From positions 3,286,001-3,350,000 of the forward strand of contig JAUPSS010000003.1 in NCBI GenBank assembly GCA_040285825.1: a stretch of DNA of 64,000 bases, in the 5' to 3' direction. Under the pieces are notes generated by a model, which did not search any database, was not told the origin of the DNA, and saw only the letters and a program-made list of their open reading frames with translations. Shown here piece by piece: positions 1-14,300 of this stretch. Origin of the DNA: Eukaryota sp. TZLM1-RC (taxonomy: Eukaryota > Protista > Metamonada: BaSk clade). Made by a program: the position numbers and the translations under genes. How positions within the stretch are numbered: the stretch's first letter is position 1; each line of letters begins with the position of its first letter.

Positions 1-72
1 GATATAGAGGGTAACAAGGCAACGGACCCGGATCCCACCTCCCCCTCCCTTAAAGTAGAAGAAGATGAAAGA

Positions 73-3000
73 GTGGACGAGGTCCCTCTATCTTCAACAA
101 CAGAAGAGGTAACGAGAACGGACCCGGCTCCCTCTCCCCTCAGGAAAAAAGAAACAGATGAGGTTACGAGAACGGACCCGGCTCCCTCTCCCCTCAAGTA
201 TGCAGAATTGTCCTCGGAGGCAACGAGAACGGACCCGGCTCCCTCTCCCCTCCCAATTCTAGAACCTGTCTCAAAGGGAACGAATGGAGATCCCACCTTA
301 GACACGTCTTCCCCATTAGGAGAATATGAAGAAATTCAATCTCAACTGGATGAAATGGAGGGAGAAGACGACTCTTCTGAGGAGTTCTACAAGTTATTAA
401 GAGAAAATGCGGAGGCTTACCTCGAACCAACAGATTTCTCTCTGTTCGAGCAGCTTCCCCCTTTATGGAGTTACATTCAAAAAGAGGCAGAAACGTTGGT
501 TTCCAGACCCTCGGAATGATTGGGGATACCCAAAAGGTATTGGAAATTCCCCTCAATGAAAGGAATGAACTCATAAAGGCACTCGATAAACTGAGTAGAA
601 AGACATTCGGGCGTAACGCAGAGCGCCGCCCCAGAATCTCTGGAATGGACAAAAGAATCAATGAAATGATGTCTCTTCCCATCAAAGATAGATTGGATTG
701 GAAGGCCTCCTTCCTAGATCAACACGGCAGGAGAATAAGGTTTCTCTCCATCGAGCAGAGAAGTAGGACCGACTCGGAAGACATCCTACAATCCAAATTG
801 CCTGCCTGGTTTGATCCTAACTTTGATACGGAAATCCATAATTACACGGAGCTGACAGAGGGTGCTCCCACATATTTTAGGGAATTTATGGAGCAGGAGG
901 ATAGTAGTGAACCAGACAAGCTTGAACCGGTAACACCCTGGTTTGATGCAGACGCTTTAAACAACATTCATACGGAACGATCAGCTGTATCCACGTATAG
1001 GAGCCGTCCTAACAACTACATCCAACAACATGGTAACTCGTTCACGAAACAACGAGAGTTTAGACAATGGGTAACGGGAGATTCATCCACATCTCTCCAC
1101 CTTCCCAAACTGCCTGTTGTAGCCCCCATAATTGCTGAAAAAAGCCAACCAATACAGGTCTGCTCTATTGACAGCATACCCGAACACGTTCCAACAGTGA
1201 ACGTCCCGGAACCTGTAACTAGACAAGACGTTGCTCCTTAGGAAGAACCAACTTCCTCTCAACCTATGGAATGTGAAATCGGAGAAGACATAGAGTTGAA
1301 CGGGCCAGTCGTTGGAGAAACGGCTCCTCCTCAACCCTCAGTAAGAAACTCTTCTTCCGACAGATCTATGCGTATTGAGGACCTACAATCCTCAAGAAGA
1401 GGTATTGACATGAGCATAGCTAGTAGCCTTCATAGACAGATTGATCCACGGTCTAAGGATATCGACTATAAAAGACCTCGATTATCCGCTGACGACCCTA
1501 TCAACAAAATGTCTATCATAGCTTTTCTTTTAAAATATCAAACTTGGGATAACTACGGGCGAAAGATAGCTAATAGACGCTTTGAAGCCCCAGGTCAATC
1601 AGATTGGACCAGAGCCTTTATGATAGCTACCCAGTTATTTGGAGAAGGCCAAGCAGAAATAACCCAAGCTAGGATTAAAGATCTCCCCAAACACATACGC
1701 GACGAGATCACCAGGGATACAACACAGCCTTTGGTAAGGATTGACCCAGCTATAACAGATAAGCTCGGACCCCCAATCCACCATTATGATTTATTTAGGA
1801 GCATGATGATGAGCACTTGCCCTACAGGAATATCCAGCATGATTGACCCTAGCCTTCTATCCAGATGGCAGAGTCAAGGTTTACTCGGTGTTGACTATAC
1901 CGACGCCGACGTCATGGTATTTCTGTTAAAAAGAACACAATTCACATCATATCATGAGGCTTGTACAGCTCTAATGAAGCCTAGAATAAACTGGAGAAAA
2001 ATCCACAATAGGCACGAGGCTGACAACGAGTTTGGTCGTTATGTAGAAGATTTTGGAGACGTCTTGAGAATGACCACCTACATGACCGACCTAACCATCC
2101 CCGATTTAATTAGAGGAAGTAGTGGGTTGATAACCATATCTCCCGCTCTAATAGCCGAGTACTTTCTTATGGGTTTGGACAACTTTGCTATATCGAGCGA
2201 ACTCCTCCCAGTATGGACTAGGGAATCCTTGTGGGACTCACCGAACAGAACAACTCTACTCGATTTGATATCGACAACGAGAAGACATTTCCTCGCTTGG
2301 TGTTACACAGCAGGAAACAAGCCCACAATGGATGTACTAAGGAACAGGGCTAACGAAGAAGATATTCCTTTGGGACTCACGGCGATGAGAACTTACTCAA
2401 GAGGAGTAACACCATCAGCCCAGGCTCCATCAAATCGAGCAAGACGATCAGGTAGAAAGTCAAGAGGAACCCCTCAACACAAATACATCCCTGAAAAGCA
2501 TGAACGAGAAGGGTCAAAATTCTGTACATTCTGCAGCAACGTCGAAGGTAACAATCCTGTTGGCCACACTGTATTCGAATGCAAAGATCCTCGTTGTGCT
2601 AGAAGCAGAGTCCCCAAAGAAGAAAGATTCAGATTAGAAGAACAGGAGGCGCCTGCTAGTAGAGGCAGTGTAGAAAGGGGCCGAGGTGGCCGTGGTAGAC
2701 GTGTACATAGATTCAAATTTAGAGGCCGTGGAGGCCGTTTTAGAGGTCATAAAGGAAGAGGTCAGTGCAGACCCATTTATAACATCAACACTACAGAGGA
2801 TATATCATCAAACGCATCCCCTACTGAGTCAAAACCGACCCGTTCGAGTACGGTTCCTCACAGACGGATCAACAACAGCAACCGGAACAGCAGGACAGGC
2901 AACCTACCTAATCGGGTACACATCAACGCAATCAATCACAATAAATTAACAACCGATTTAGGAAACCCAGTCAACAACTTTCCAACAGCTCAACAAAATC

Positions 3001-3125
3001 TTTTAATTCCTCTACAAATTCACCAATCCAGCTCTGATATCAACAGTATTTTTGATATTAATTCTACGGTTAGTGAAAACCACATCAGGTCCCAGCGTTC
3101 TCCATTTCTAAGACTGGAGATATGA
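73..3125 (+). pseudogene. Extended gag region, split by a frameshift near 480 and an in-frame TAG at 1239-1241
   Basis: ORFs 465-1241 and 1266-3125 share a frame. Zinc-knuckle-like CTFCS...GHTVFEC and RG-rich tract near the C-terminus. Homologous remnants at 17360-17900 and 47860-49220. Confidence 0.7.
109..252 (+). repeat. Three copies of a ~33-bp unit encoding (V/A)TRTDPAPSPL
   Basis: ACGAGAACGGACCCGGCTCCCTCTCCCCTC in units starting at 109, 163 and 220 (periods 54 and 57). A degenerate copy at ~20-50 and one reverse copy at ~49203-49220. Confidence 0.9.
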
Positions 3126-6100
3126 ATAAATGATATTGAAATGATTGCGACTATAGATTCGGCTGCGTTTTGTTCAGTTATTACTGCAGATTTAGCTGAA
3201 CAATGCCATATGTCAATCAATAGCAAGGATACTATTAAGTTCTTACAAGCTAATAACGTATCCACAAAATCGCTAGGGAGTGCAACTGGTATTCTGTCGT
3301 TCAACGTAGGAAGCATTGCGCAACAAGTTCATTATAAACATACTCTTCCCATAATTCCGGGTTCGAACAAATTATTAATAGGGACAGACATGTTAAAAGC
3401 ACTTGGGCTTCAGACGGATGATGGTCTTTTCATTAGATTTGACAAAGAACACCGCACTTTGCTAAACGCAGAATCAGAATTCGACTCTAGGATCGCTCAA
3501 CATTCGATTGGGAACTTAGATAACCAATCACCAAGTCCTTCTGATTTTGAGGAGCAATTAGCAAGATCTGGATGTGAGATAAAATTAGATGATAGTAATA
3601 ATAAATTAAAATTAACGAGTCTACTAAAATTATTCAGCGATGTTTTTAGTGAAACTCCTAATAGAAAAGGAATCGATTGTAATCCTCTAACAATCCCCTT
3701 TAGAGATGAGAATGCTATAGTACACAAGCCTGCTAGACGGTTAAATCCCAGCAAAATGGAAATAGCAAACAAAATATTTGATGAACTGATCGAAATGGGT
3801 TACGCAGTTGAATCTAATTATAAATTCAGCTCTCCTATTGTCTTAGTTATATATCCTGACGGCAAGAAACCCAGGTTAACTGGAGACTTTAGCGGTAAAG
3901 ATGGAGTTAAGGCCCATACGATTTCAGTAGAGCCTAATCTACCTAGGATTAGTGATATTTTAGAATTTTTGAGTAGAGCAAATTACATCGCCACGCTTGA
4001 TTTACCAAATGCTTTCTGGCAGATGAATGTAGCTGATAAGGATATTGAGAAAACATCAATCTCCATTCCTGGAAGGTCAATCATGTTTAAAAGAGCTTGC
4101 TTCGGATTAAAGAACATCCCAGCAGTTTTTCAAAACGTAATGATGGAAATTTTCCAAATAGACGGCGTTTTTATATACATTGACGATATCATAATAGTTG
4201 GAACGACATTCGAAGAATTTTGTAAGAGATTACAAAGAGTCCTCCAATGCGCCAGAAATAGACGTGTAAATATAGGCTTACGTAAATGTAAATTCGTAAC
4301 ATCAAAACACCCTATCGACATTTTAGGAAGTACCTTCCAGGATAAAACTAGATTTATTAGTAAGAAAAAAATCGAAGCCTTGATGAGAATCCCTAGACCA
4401 AAAACAGTGAAAGAAGTTCGCTCATTGGTAGGATCCATCAATTATATTAGAGATTGGCTTCCTAGTATTTCTGAATTAATTGCTCCAATTAACGAGCTAA
4501 TTAAAGGAAAACCCAGAATAATTAAATGGACTAGCAAGCATGACGATTACTTAAAACAAATAAAAGACTTAATAGTAAACCACATGCCCCTTGAATTACC
4601 AGCTCCGGGCAAGCGAGTATTGATAAGTACTGACGCTTCAGATGTAGCAGTAGGAGGTGTTATTTGGCAAGAAATTGAACCCTACTCCCCTGCAGAACCC
4701 CGCTAAATAAAAGGAAAGTAAAACCTTTGTCATTCTACAGTAGATTACTTACAGAAACACAAAGAAAATGGTCCACATTACAAAAAGAATTATATGCAAT
4801 ACTTTTGATTTTAACTGAAAGTTGTTTAGAAAGCTATTTGTTAACTAGACATTTAACAATTTTCACAGATCATAAAAACATTGCATTCCTGGCTACAGCC
4901 CCAGAGAAAAATAGAATTGTAGAGAGATGGCTGCCGATACTATCTGAATTCGACTTTGACATAGTCCACGAACCTGGTAAAGACAACCATTGGGCAGATA
5001 TGTTATCGAGGAATATTGATTTGGATCAAAACGAGGAAACTCCTTCTATTTGTAGCATAAATATACCAGATACTTTACTTTCAAATTACGAGATACCTCC
5101 ACTAGACGATGATTCTGATTCGGACCTTGAAGACATCCCATCAATCTATCCTCTAAGTAGACACCAAGACCTACCTATTTTTTCTTCTTGGTTCTCTAAG
5201 ATAAGATCCGAACAACAAACAGCCAAAAACAACAACGACTCGTTATTTGAAAATGCAATTCTAGATGAAAATACTCAAATTTGGAAAAATAATAAAAACA
5301 AAATTTTGATTCCAAAGAGCCTCAGAAAACAGGCCCTACTATTAATGCATGGTTTGGTTCAATCTGGTCACCCTAGTAAAAACGATAGTTTGCACAAACT
5401 ATCCAAAAGCGATTTCTACTGGCCCAATATGAGAAAGGACCTCATTAATCATGTCAAAAGATGCCCAACTTGTCAAAAAACGGCTCCAGTTAAAAGATCA
5501 AAAACGCCTTCCACAGGATCTTTATGGGCAGATCGTCCTTTTGCCAGATTAAACGTCGATACAATTGGACCCCTAAATTCCGACAACGAAGGAAATAAAT
5601 ATCTTTTAGTATTTGTAGACTCTTTTACTGGATATACAATTTTAGTCCCTCTAAAAGAACTCAACGCCTTAGAAACCGCAGATGCCTTAATTTGGAACGT
5701 TTGCGCTATCTTTGGCATACCTATGTTAATTCATAGTGATAATGGACCTGAGTTCGCCAACGAGACTTTTAAAATAGTGTGTAACAGATTAGCGATTGAG
5801 AAGAGTAACTCAATTCCCCACTATTCAGAAAGTAATGGACTTGTAGAACGTAAACATAGAGACGTTCTTCAATGCTTAAGGAAACTATTAATAGATTTCA
5901 ACGATTACGGAAATTGGTCTACATACGTACCTATATCCCAACTATTAATAAATTCTACTAAAAGCAGAAAAACTGGTTTTACCCCATACGAACTCATGTT
6001 CGGTTCTTCGATTAGCCCAAGAACAGACCCTGCTTATATATTAGGAAATTTATCCAAATTTGAAACTAATATCCCCTTATTAGATGACATCAAAATGAAA

Positions 6101-6679
6101 AACACTCGTCTACAAGAAAAAAGGGAAGAAGCAGAGCGTCACCAAACATTAAATACTCCGTCTTCAGTAGATAATACTAATTCGTGTTTTTTAGCATTTA
6201 ATATTGGTGACTACGTCTTACGTAAAACCAAGCAAAATAATAAATTGCATGGATCTTGGAATGGACCATTTTTAGTTGTTGACCTTCCTTCCAAATCCAC
6301 TTTATTATTGAAGAATCTTACTACTGGCATGGAATTAAAAGCTGCCAAGAAAGATTGCAAAACCTATAACGCAGAAAATCCACAGGACATTGAGTTCCTC
6401 AAGGCAGTCGCTGCAGGCGATTCCGAAAAACACGTTATAGAGAAAATCCTCTCAGAATACCACTCTGATTCAGGTAGTTTCTGTACTGTCCAATGGTTTG
6501 GCGGTGAGACAACAGAAGAGCCACTCCATTCGGTTAGACACTCAGAAGCTTATAAGTTATTTAGTAAGGATAACAAGAAAATTGGAAAACGTACCATTAG
6601 TCGACGACAAGGTACCTCCAATGAGTCTACGCCTTCTAAGAAGCCTAGACGCAGCAATAGAATTAGGAAGAGGAGCTAA
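3126..6679 (+). pseudogene. pol polyprotein (protease, RT, RNase H, integrase, chromodomain), frameshifted near 4700
   Basis: IDSAA protease site; LDLPNAFWQ and YIDD RT motifs; TDASD RNase H; H..H..CPTC integrase Zn finger; VDT / HSDNG / SNGLVE catalytic motifs; C-terminal VIEKIL..VQWFG chromodomain-like segment. Confidence 0.92.
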
Positions 6680-6790
6680 TTCTTAGTTTATGTCGATTAT
6701 TTATATTATATCGATTATATGTATTTATTATAGTTATTTCGTTATTTGTATATAGTTTTTATTTCATATTCATATAAACTGATTTATTTT

Positions 6791-6808
6791 GAAAAAGGGA
6801 AGAAGCAG
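6791..6808 (+). other. Polypurine tract
   Basis: GAAAAAGGGAAGAAGCAG immediately 5' of the LTR TG. Confidence 0.8.
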
Positions 6809-6887
6809 TGTTGGCGCCCTAAGGCTTATATAATATGAATGGAAAATAAATCAGACTTTTCTTTACTACAATAGACTTTAGGCAACA
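6809..6887 (+). repeat. 3' LTR, 79 bp
   Basis: TGTTG...CAACA ends; follows the PPT; aligns end-to-end with the reverse complement of 18000-18075. Confidence 0.8.
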
Positions 6888-8030
6888 GATGCAGAAATGC
6901 AATATTTGAGTTGTTTTCTGAAAAATTTGCCGATTGGGAAGATTTATTAATGACAACGCAAAGTTCCATTGTTTTTGCATTAAATGAAGAAATTTCAAAA
7001 ATTCATACTGAAAAATGGAATCGATGCTTTCCCCAATCATTCAATGGCAATATTCTAGAAAAAAATTAATTAAATTTAAAATAAACTCTTCGAACATTAC
7101 AGAAACGATTGACTAAAATGTATAAAAATGGTCTTTAGAAAAATATATGCAGATCGGCTGTTTTACATCATGATCTTCATGCATTGCTATTGGAAAAAGG
7201 TCTGTGTGAGAACAAGTCACCAGATTCATCACTATTTGTCACCATTGTACCACAAAGGTTTGGGCTATTTAATGAAGCCTTTGTATCAGAAATGAGATTA
7301 TATCTGAATTTCCTTATTGACCAACGTCTATTGAAAGAAACATGTATTTGATCTAATTCACCACAGCTCACTTTGCGTCATGCTTTAAATTGCCCCAAAT
7401 TAATTACTTATCGTTCTTAATTACATGATACTGTCAGGGACAATATGTTCTTAGTATGGCACGAACTGCAAGAATCTCGTGTATCAAAGAGCCTCTGCTG
7501 AAGGAAACACTGTCATTAAAGCAGTTTGATTCTGATGATAGAGGTGATATATACTGTGATTGGATTGATAACTCTGAACCTGCTGTTGATTTTGTCTCCT
7601 GTAATGATGCAAATGATACTTGGTTTACAACAGAAAACTTAATCCTGTAGGTGCTCTTGAATTTAAAGCTAAAGAAAAACATAGAAAATGAGACAAAGAT
7701 ATCGAAGAAGCTAATACTGGTAGAAATACACCACTTGTTTTTATTGCTTTCCCATTTTCAATAAACGAAACACTATCATTAGAAGCAGGAATTTCTTTGA
7801 ATGATTTCAAAAACATGGTTCAAGAAAAAACAATGAAAAGATTTGATATCTCTGTCGAATTCAATTTGCTATAATTACTAGATTGCCTTTCAATCGAAGT
7901 AGAGAAGCTTTAGCGAGACAGCAAGCAGATCAAGATTTCAGAGAGGAAATCTTGGTTCAATAAAATTCGTCCCATTAGTTCTGATTTAATTTTACTACAT
8001 TTTGTAGTTCATTACAAATCAAATTGATCA
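6888..8030 (+). mobile_element. RLE-type non-LTR retrotransposon 3' remnant (family A)
   Basis: RGDIYCDWIDNS..VDFVSCN / EFKAKEK restriction-like endonuclease motifs; CCHC remnant; 3' tail shared with 41447-42357, 51001-51185, 54756-54919 and 32720-32880. Confidence 0.8.
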
Positions 8031-8327
8031 GAATCCTCAGATGTATCTGTTAATTAATGAAAATTTTTGTTGAAACAGCAACTAAAGAGATTCACTTGAA
8101 CAAAGTTTGTTTATTACCCTCAAAGACAGCATCTTTGGAAAGTTCACAGGCAACAATGATAAACAAAAATCAAAACAGACAAAAGAGCTTCCAAAACCAT
8201 GTTCCCTTCTTCTTGTCCTTGCATCATCAGCAAGTTCAAAGGAATAGAAAAGGTTACTTTCTTTTTCATAAACAAAGTCATTTAATTTAAATAAAGAAAG
8301 AATTCATTTATATTATATAATATTTAT

Positions 8328-11300
8328 TTACAGGCCAAAAACTGCAACTTTTCCATCATCAAGCCCTACCAAAAGACATTTCAAGTCATCTGACAGACAA
8401 AGACAGACTACTGCACTGTCAAACTTTGAAATTTGCTTAACACAATTTAATGGTGTGAGAGACCACACTTCCAATGTGCCATCTGCAAATCCAAGAAAAA
8501 CAAATTCATGTAAGTAATCATCATTTAAATAAGAATTTGGTTGACAATTCCCAACTTGCAAAAAATTCTTTTTCGAGAAACAATTGTGAGAATATAACAA
8601 CATGTTAGTCACGGAATGATTCAACTTTCTTCTTGACAATAAAGTTCCATTAATATTGAATAAACACAATGAATTATCAACATTAGAAGTTGCCAAGATA
8701 CAGTTAAAGGGAACGAACAACAGAAACGACACAGGCGACAGTAATGGATACTCAATAGTTCTAATGTACCTGGCTGATAATGTGTGGATAATAATAGTAC
8801 CATCAACAGAGCCAGAAATGACTAAATCAATGGTGGCGCAGACAGAGATGACAGCATCATCATGACCATACAAAATGTGGAGAGGATCTGTAGAGACTGG
8901 TTGTTGAGAGTTTGGTGAAAAATCCCAAATCATGACGGTCGTATCTCGAGATGCAGTAATCAAAAATGATTGATTAGCACACTCCACCAGTGTACACGCT
9001 ACAATAACATCCTTATGACGACAAATGGAGCAAACTAATGAAAGATTTCTGGTGTCGAAAATTTTGAATGAATAATCCCAGTGATTACAAGTTATTAAAA
9101 ACTTTCCATTAGAAGAAATTTCAAACATTGATTCAGCCAAAGACTCCTCATCTTTGATCAAAAAATCCAATGAGTTACCAATGTCAGAGTATTGAGTCTT
9201 CGCGAAGGAAGATGTCAGACAATGCTGGGAAAAAGCAAATGTTCTATTTAGAGTCATAACTTTATCTTCAAATTTTCGGACCAACAGTATTGAATCAGAG
9301 ATTGCTTCGGAAATCTGATGTAGAGACTTTAAACTAAAATTTAAACATTGATCCCTTCTGTGAAAATTTTGGATGGTTTTCAAGGTGTGACGAGTGGGGT
9401 GGGGTTTTTTGAACAATTGTACTGGAATTTGGCCAAATTCTCTTATTGCATTGACAATACTTTTTCTTAATTGAGGATTTTGTATCTTCTCAAATGCCAC
9501 ACTATAATAACAATGTGGTCGGTATCTATTGAATACTTTTGCAGCTTCGTCCCCTCGTTGTTGAAACCCAAATATAAGATCAATCCAATGATGAATATTT
9601 TGGGAAACATATTCAGATTCAAGAGCAGCTCTGTTGATCTTGACAAAGAGGAAAGGATCATTGTTGGCCCAAGAAGGAAGAGTGACATTGGTGATATCAC
9701 GTTGAGATGACGTGTTGCCAAAGAAAACATTATTTACATTTCTTAAAAACAAATCACTGTAGAAAAATTCAGGAATTAACTCTCTAATATCGGCTGGCGA
9801 GGTCAAGCAACTAGACCAAGTTTGTCCAATATCATAAAACATCCGATCGGGTTCATCAAAGGTATCCCTACCATGATAATCGATGGTGATGGTGGTGAAC
9901 GGTTCTAGTCGAACCAGGTAGTAAAGAACAGTTGCGGGGGTAAGGTAATGAAATGCATGGTGATACTGGCTCCTGTTTGAAGAATCCTTATATTGTTCTG
10001 TCATTGGATCACAGAATTTTGTATCATCGAATTTTTTGCTTAATTTTTGGGTGTCATCAAGTTGAGCTCCAATTGGTCTTGCAAAATTTCGGTAAATATT
10101 TGGATCTTCTAAATTGATCTCTTTTGATGAGTAGTCTCGTATTACCCATGGCATTACAGGGTATTGAGAAAGATCATGATAAGTGCGGCCTGAAATAGTA
10201 TTTAAGAACATAAGGTAATCAAAATTAGAAATCAATCTTTTTTGCCACAATGACGTGACATTTGACCGTTTGATGACGTCAGCAGCATTCAGGGAGTTGA
10301 ATGAAACTAAATTAGATGGCCGTAGTGAACAAAGGGTTGAATAAACTTTTTTCCGTATTGAACGGTTGAAATTCAATAAAAGAGAAGAATTATCAAAAAA
10401 GAATATTTCCAATGCGGTTGGTGACAACAAGTACCTTCTGCCTTGCACAGCCAAGATATCATTGAGTGCCCAAGAACTTTCACGAAGGTAATCAGCGTCA
10501 GCATCATCAAGACTCAAAACAAAAGTTTGATCGTATTGTCTGTTTGTAATTTTTTTGGTTTCGTGAAAAACGATTGATTTTGTGGTAATTTTGAGTGACC
10601 CAATAATAATGTTAGTAATTGAAAGCCGCTCACAGGGTACAACTAATACTGTTCGATCAGATTGTTCCGAAATATTCTGTTTTTGAGCCGATGATGCATC
10701 TTTTTGAGCCAATAACGTGGATTCTGATTGGGCAACTATCTGAGAAATCCCATCAATATCATCAAAATCATCCTCAGCATCATCTTCAGCGCCCAAATTG
10801 TACAAAACTTCATGAATTCTGTCTTGTCCAATTGAGTGGGAATCACTGGTGTCATTATCACGTGTGTTGCCTCTAGAAACCCGACCCTCATGACGTGACC
10901 CAGAAAAATTTCGTTCCAACAATAGTCTCATTCTGCTGGAATTTTCAGTCATGTCAAGTGACCAGAAGAGATCACTTTGACAAGCTATTTGATTGTTGTA
11001 ACACCTTAGAAATTCTTCTTCTTGCTCAATTTCTTCCAGACTTGAATGGTCTTGTTTTGTCCTTCGTAGGCCCCATGGACTCCTTTCATGCCTGACCATT
11101 CTGCAAATACGACGCCATGCCAGAAGAGTAAGTTCGTCCTCTTGCTTCAAACGGTCACTGGCAGTCAAGAGTCTCTTAGATTCTCGTTGAAAAACGTCAT
11201 GGATTAAAACTTGGTAGTAAGAAAGAGAAGATTTCCATTCTGACGCAAATGTTTCTACTAAGCGTATGTCCTTGTGTGTCAAAAAGGAGTAGAAATCTGG

Positions 11301-14300
11301 AGAATTCAAAAGAATTTTACAGAAAAGCCAGGAACGAGTGCAAATGGTTCCATGTAATAGACAAAAAGAGATCACTTTTCTCAAAGATTCAATGCCACTC
11401 AAAATATTCGTCATATCTGTCTTCTTAAACTCCTCCTGCTGTAGAGCATTCAAAACAATTTCTTCAAAATGTGGCCACTTTCCACTACTGAGAATTCTTA
11501 GAAATTCCTGAGGGTCAAAATGAGGGGAAAGTGATTGACTGGATAGAATTGAAGGATGAGAAAACAAAAGGGACGTTGTCTTAAAGATTGGTATCCAAGG
11601 GTTCCTATCGCCCAACTTAGCCTTAAATTCACCAACCAAAAACTCTCCAGCTTCAGAAAGAAAACCCTGTAGCAAGTTAAAATGAACCAATAAGCAAGAA
11701 GAATTAACCAAAGCTGCTTCCCTGAATGATTTAATCAGTGATCCACATAGAAAAGAAACAAACTTGGAACTCAAAAGCCTCTTTCCAGAAAAAGAATGTT
11801 GTATCGCTGTCAACAGATATGCCTTGTTTTCTCGAAGGACACTATTGCAAGAACTTTGAGTGTGATTGCAACTGGAAAGAAGAACATCAAGAAAACTGCA
11901 GTAAAGTCTAATGAAACCACCTCGGGGATAAAGGTTCTTTCTTTCGTTAGATATTTCCAATTCAGACGCACAGTCAGAGATAAAGCACCAACTGAAAAGG
12001 GAAAGTACAGCAACTGTACGTTGTCGAATGCTGTGAATTATTTGATTGCAATCAATCAAAAATGATTGACAAACAACACCTGCAGGCAAATGTACAAGCT
12101 GCTCGTAAAGATTAATTTCTTCCTCCACAAGATAAAAGAAAACAGACAAATTTTCCTTCCAAGTAGAATCACTTGAAACACGTGGAAATGAAGACTTTGT
12201 TAGCAATGAACTTAATAGTAAATCAAAAACCACAAAAACTGGGTAGAAATAAGCATGAAAAACACCACGTTCACTTGTAAAAGCCTTGGCGTGAAACAAT
12301 AGTAAACGAAAATAGTTAGCGGAAAACCCCACTTCCCTTTCGAATGAAATTGAAAAAAGTAAATGGCAAAAAGAGACCGTTAGGTCAAAAAACGACTCTG
12401 ATGATGTGTCAAAGTCGAGAGAAGTCGTTTTACTTCCATTCAATCCAGCATCAGTATCATATTGGTACATTGGCGTTCTTTGGGATACCCAATTATGGTA
12501 AAGTAAATCACAGACACAATCATAAAAAGATGGAGACTCAATAAACAATGAAATGTTGGAATTATTAAGGGAAAAGGATAAACAAAGCTGCTCAACAAGA
12601 GAATGACAAAGATTTTGATTGGAAATTTCAGGGTAATTGATTGACGTGCAATGTGAAATTAAGATTGAGTAAATGAATGGTCTTGTTGCGATTTGGGAGT
12701 AATCAATCAAGACATGATCAGTTTCCTTATTCCTTATTGACTCTTGAAAAACATCATCAAATCCTTCGCCAGATGCAGTCAGAAGCAGGAAATAACGAGT
12801 CAGACAAGCTTTTGTTAAAGGAAAACTGCAAATACTTTTCCCAGCCATAAACCAAAAAGTTTCATTAAAAGAACTTCCGAAAAGTAACGACGACAAGGTA
12901 ATATCATAGAGTAGTACAATACACTCTAAAGCAGTCATTCTCACGTCATCGCAGCTTGACTTTAGAAGACTAAGAAAAGGAGTCGCTCCACCAAGAGAAG
13001 ACAGTCCCTCTGCAGCCACGGATGATCGATCAGAAACCAAAACAGCACGGATAATTTTCAACATCTCAAAAGATTGGTGCTCACAGTCAGTTGTTATGGC
13101 GTACCTGGCAAGTGAAACAACATCTTCAGCTTCCACAAGATCAAAATTAGATTTATTATTCCTGGGACTACTACACATTACCAAGATTAAACTAATAAGT
13201 TTTTTCCGTAAACGTTTGATTTGGAAGAATGAATAAACTTCAGAATCATTATAAGAGTAATGTCGACGTAAAAGATCCAAAATCGGTTGAATTCCATTGA
13301 CTTTTGCCTTAAAAAGAACACCGTCTTGGAAAGCCAACTTTGTGAGAAAATCTAATACCATTAAATGAGTGTTGAATTCAGAAGACTTCCAGATTCTTGA
13401 GTCAAGAATGAGAAACAGAACTACCTGATAGCGGAGTTCCAGATTGATAGATGAAAATATAAACTTTCTTAAAAGAATTGCTGTCGTACTGCATAAATGA
13501 GTGCAGCTAATCTTCTGCAAAAGGAAACCAATTACTCTGATTCCATCAATTGATTGAAGAGTTGATTGATTAGCATGGGACCTGTCAGTTAATTTGAACA
13601 ACAACTCCAAAATTTGGGGCAAAACTGCAGTTTTTTCACTCAATAAAAGTCCTGATTTTTGACCTGACGCCGTGACATATATGGGCTGATCCAACTGAGT
13701 AAATAGAGGGAACAACACAGGCAAGCCTCCCAAAGCAAAAATATTCTGACGAATATTAGAGATTGTCGTAACGACGGAACCGCCAAGCAGTGTTCCATGC
13801 ATTCTGTAAGATTTGATACCTCCCAAAGGTGCAAAATCAAAAACTTGATTACCAGAAACTGCTCGGGCTGAATAGGAGAGGTACACGTTACATGAGAGCG
13901 AAAGTAGATGATCTGACATGTTGACAGATGATTGATTGATCTCTTCTTTTTGAAAAATCAAATCTGATTGATCAGACTGACTGTATGTGGAGTAATCAAT
14001 GAAAAATTCATTAGGATTGAATGTAAAATCATATTGAGGTCCAATCAAAAACAAGGCCTTTGCTTGTTGAGGGTGCAAGAAACAATTGAACAGATAGAAG
14101 GGTCCTAAAGCCCCACAAAGGTTAAACCCTATGAAATTACGAGTCAATGCGGATGCAACACTAAGATATTTGGATTTAATTGAGTTGACTAGTTGACCAT
14201 TGAGGTATACATCAATACAAGGTTTGGAAGAAGTTAAAGACTTTGGTGGCTGTGTGATTGAAAAGTGATACCATTTGCCGGTGAAAAGTTCAAAATCAGA

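Larger units (their letters stand above)
1..6887 (+). mobile_element. Ty3/Gypsy (chromovirus-like) LTR retrotransposon, 5' end outside window, mildly decayed
   Basis: Domain order gag-PR-RT-RH-IN-chromodomain, then polypurine tract 6791-6808 and TGTTG...CAACA LTR 6809-6887. Confidence 0.93.

Noticed and set aside
109-252. CRISPR-like repeat-spacer array
   Set aside because: Only three units; periods are multiples of three; they encode a peptide repeat inside gag; no cas genes; eukaryotic context.
3123-3125. Programmed gag-pol readthrough at the in-frame TGA
   Set aside because: The related copy at ~34600-34625 has a sense codon here (QVKINS versus EI*IND), and the element has other lesions (1239, ~480, ~4700), so a nonsense mutation is more likely.
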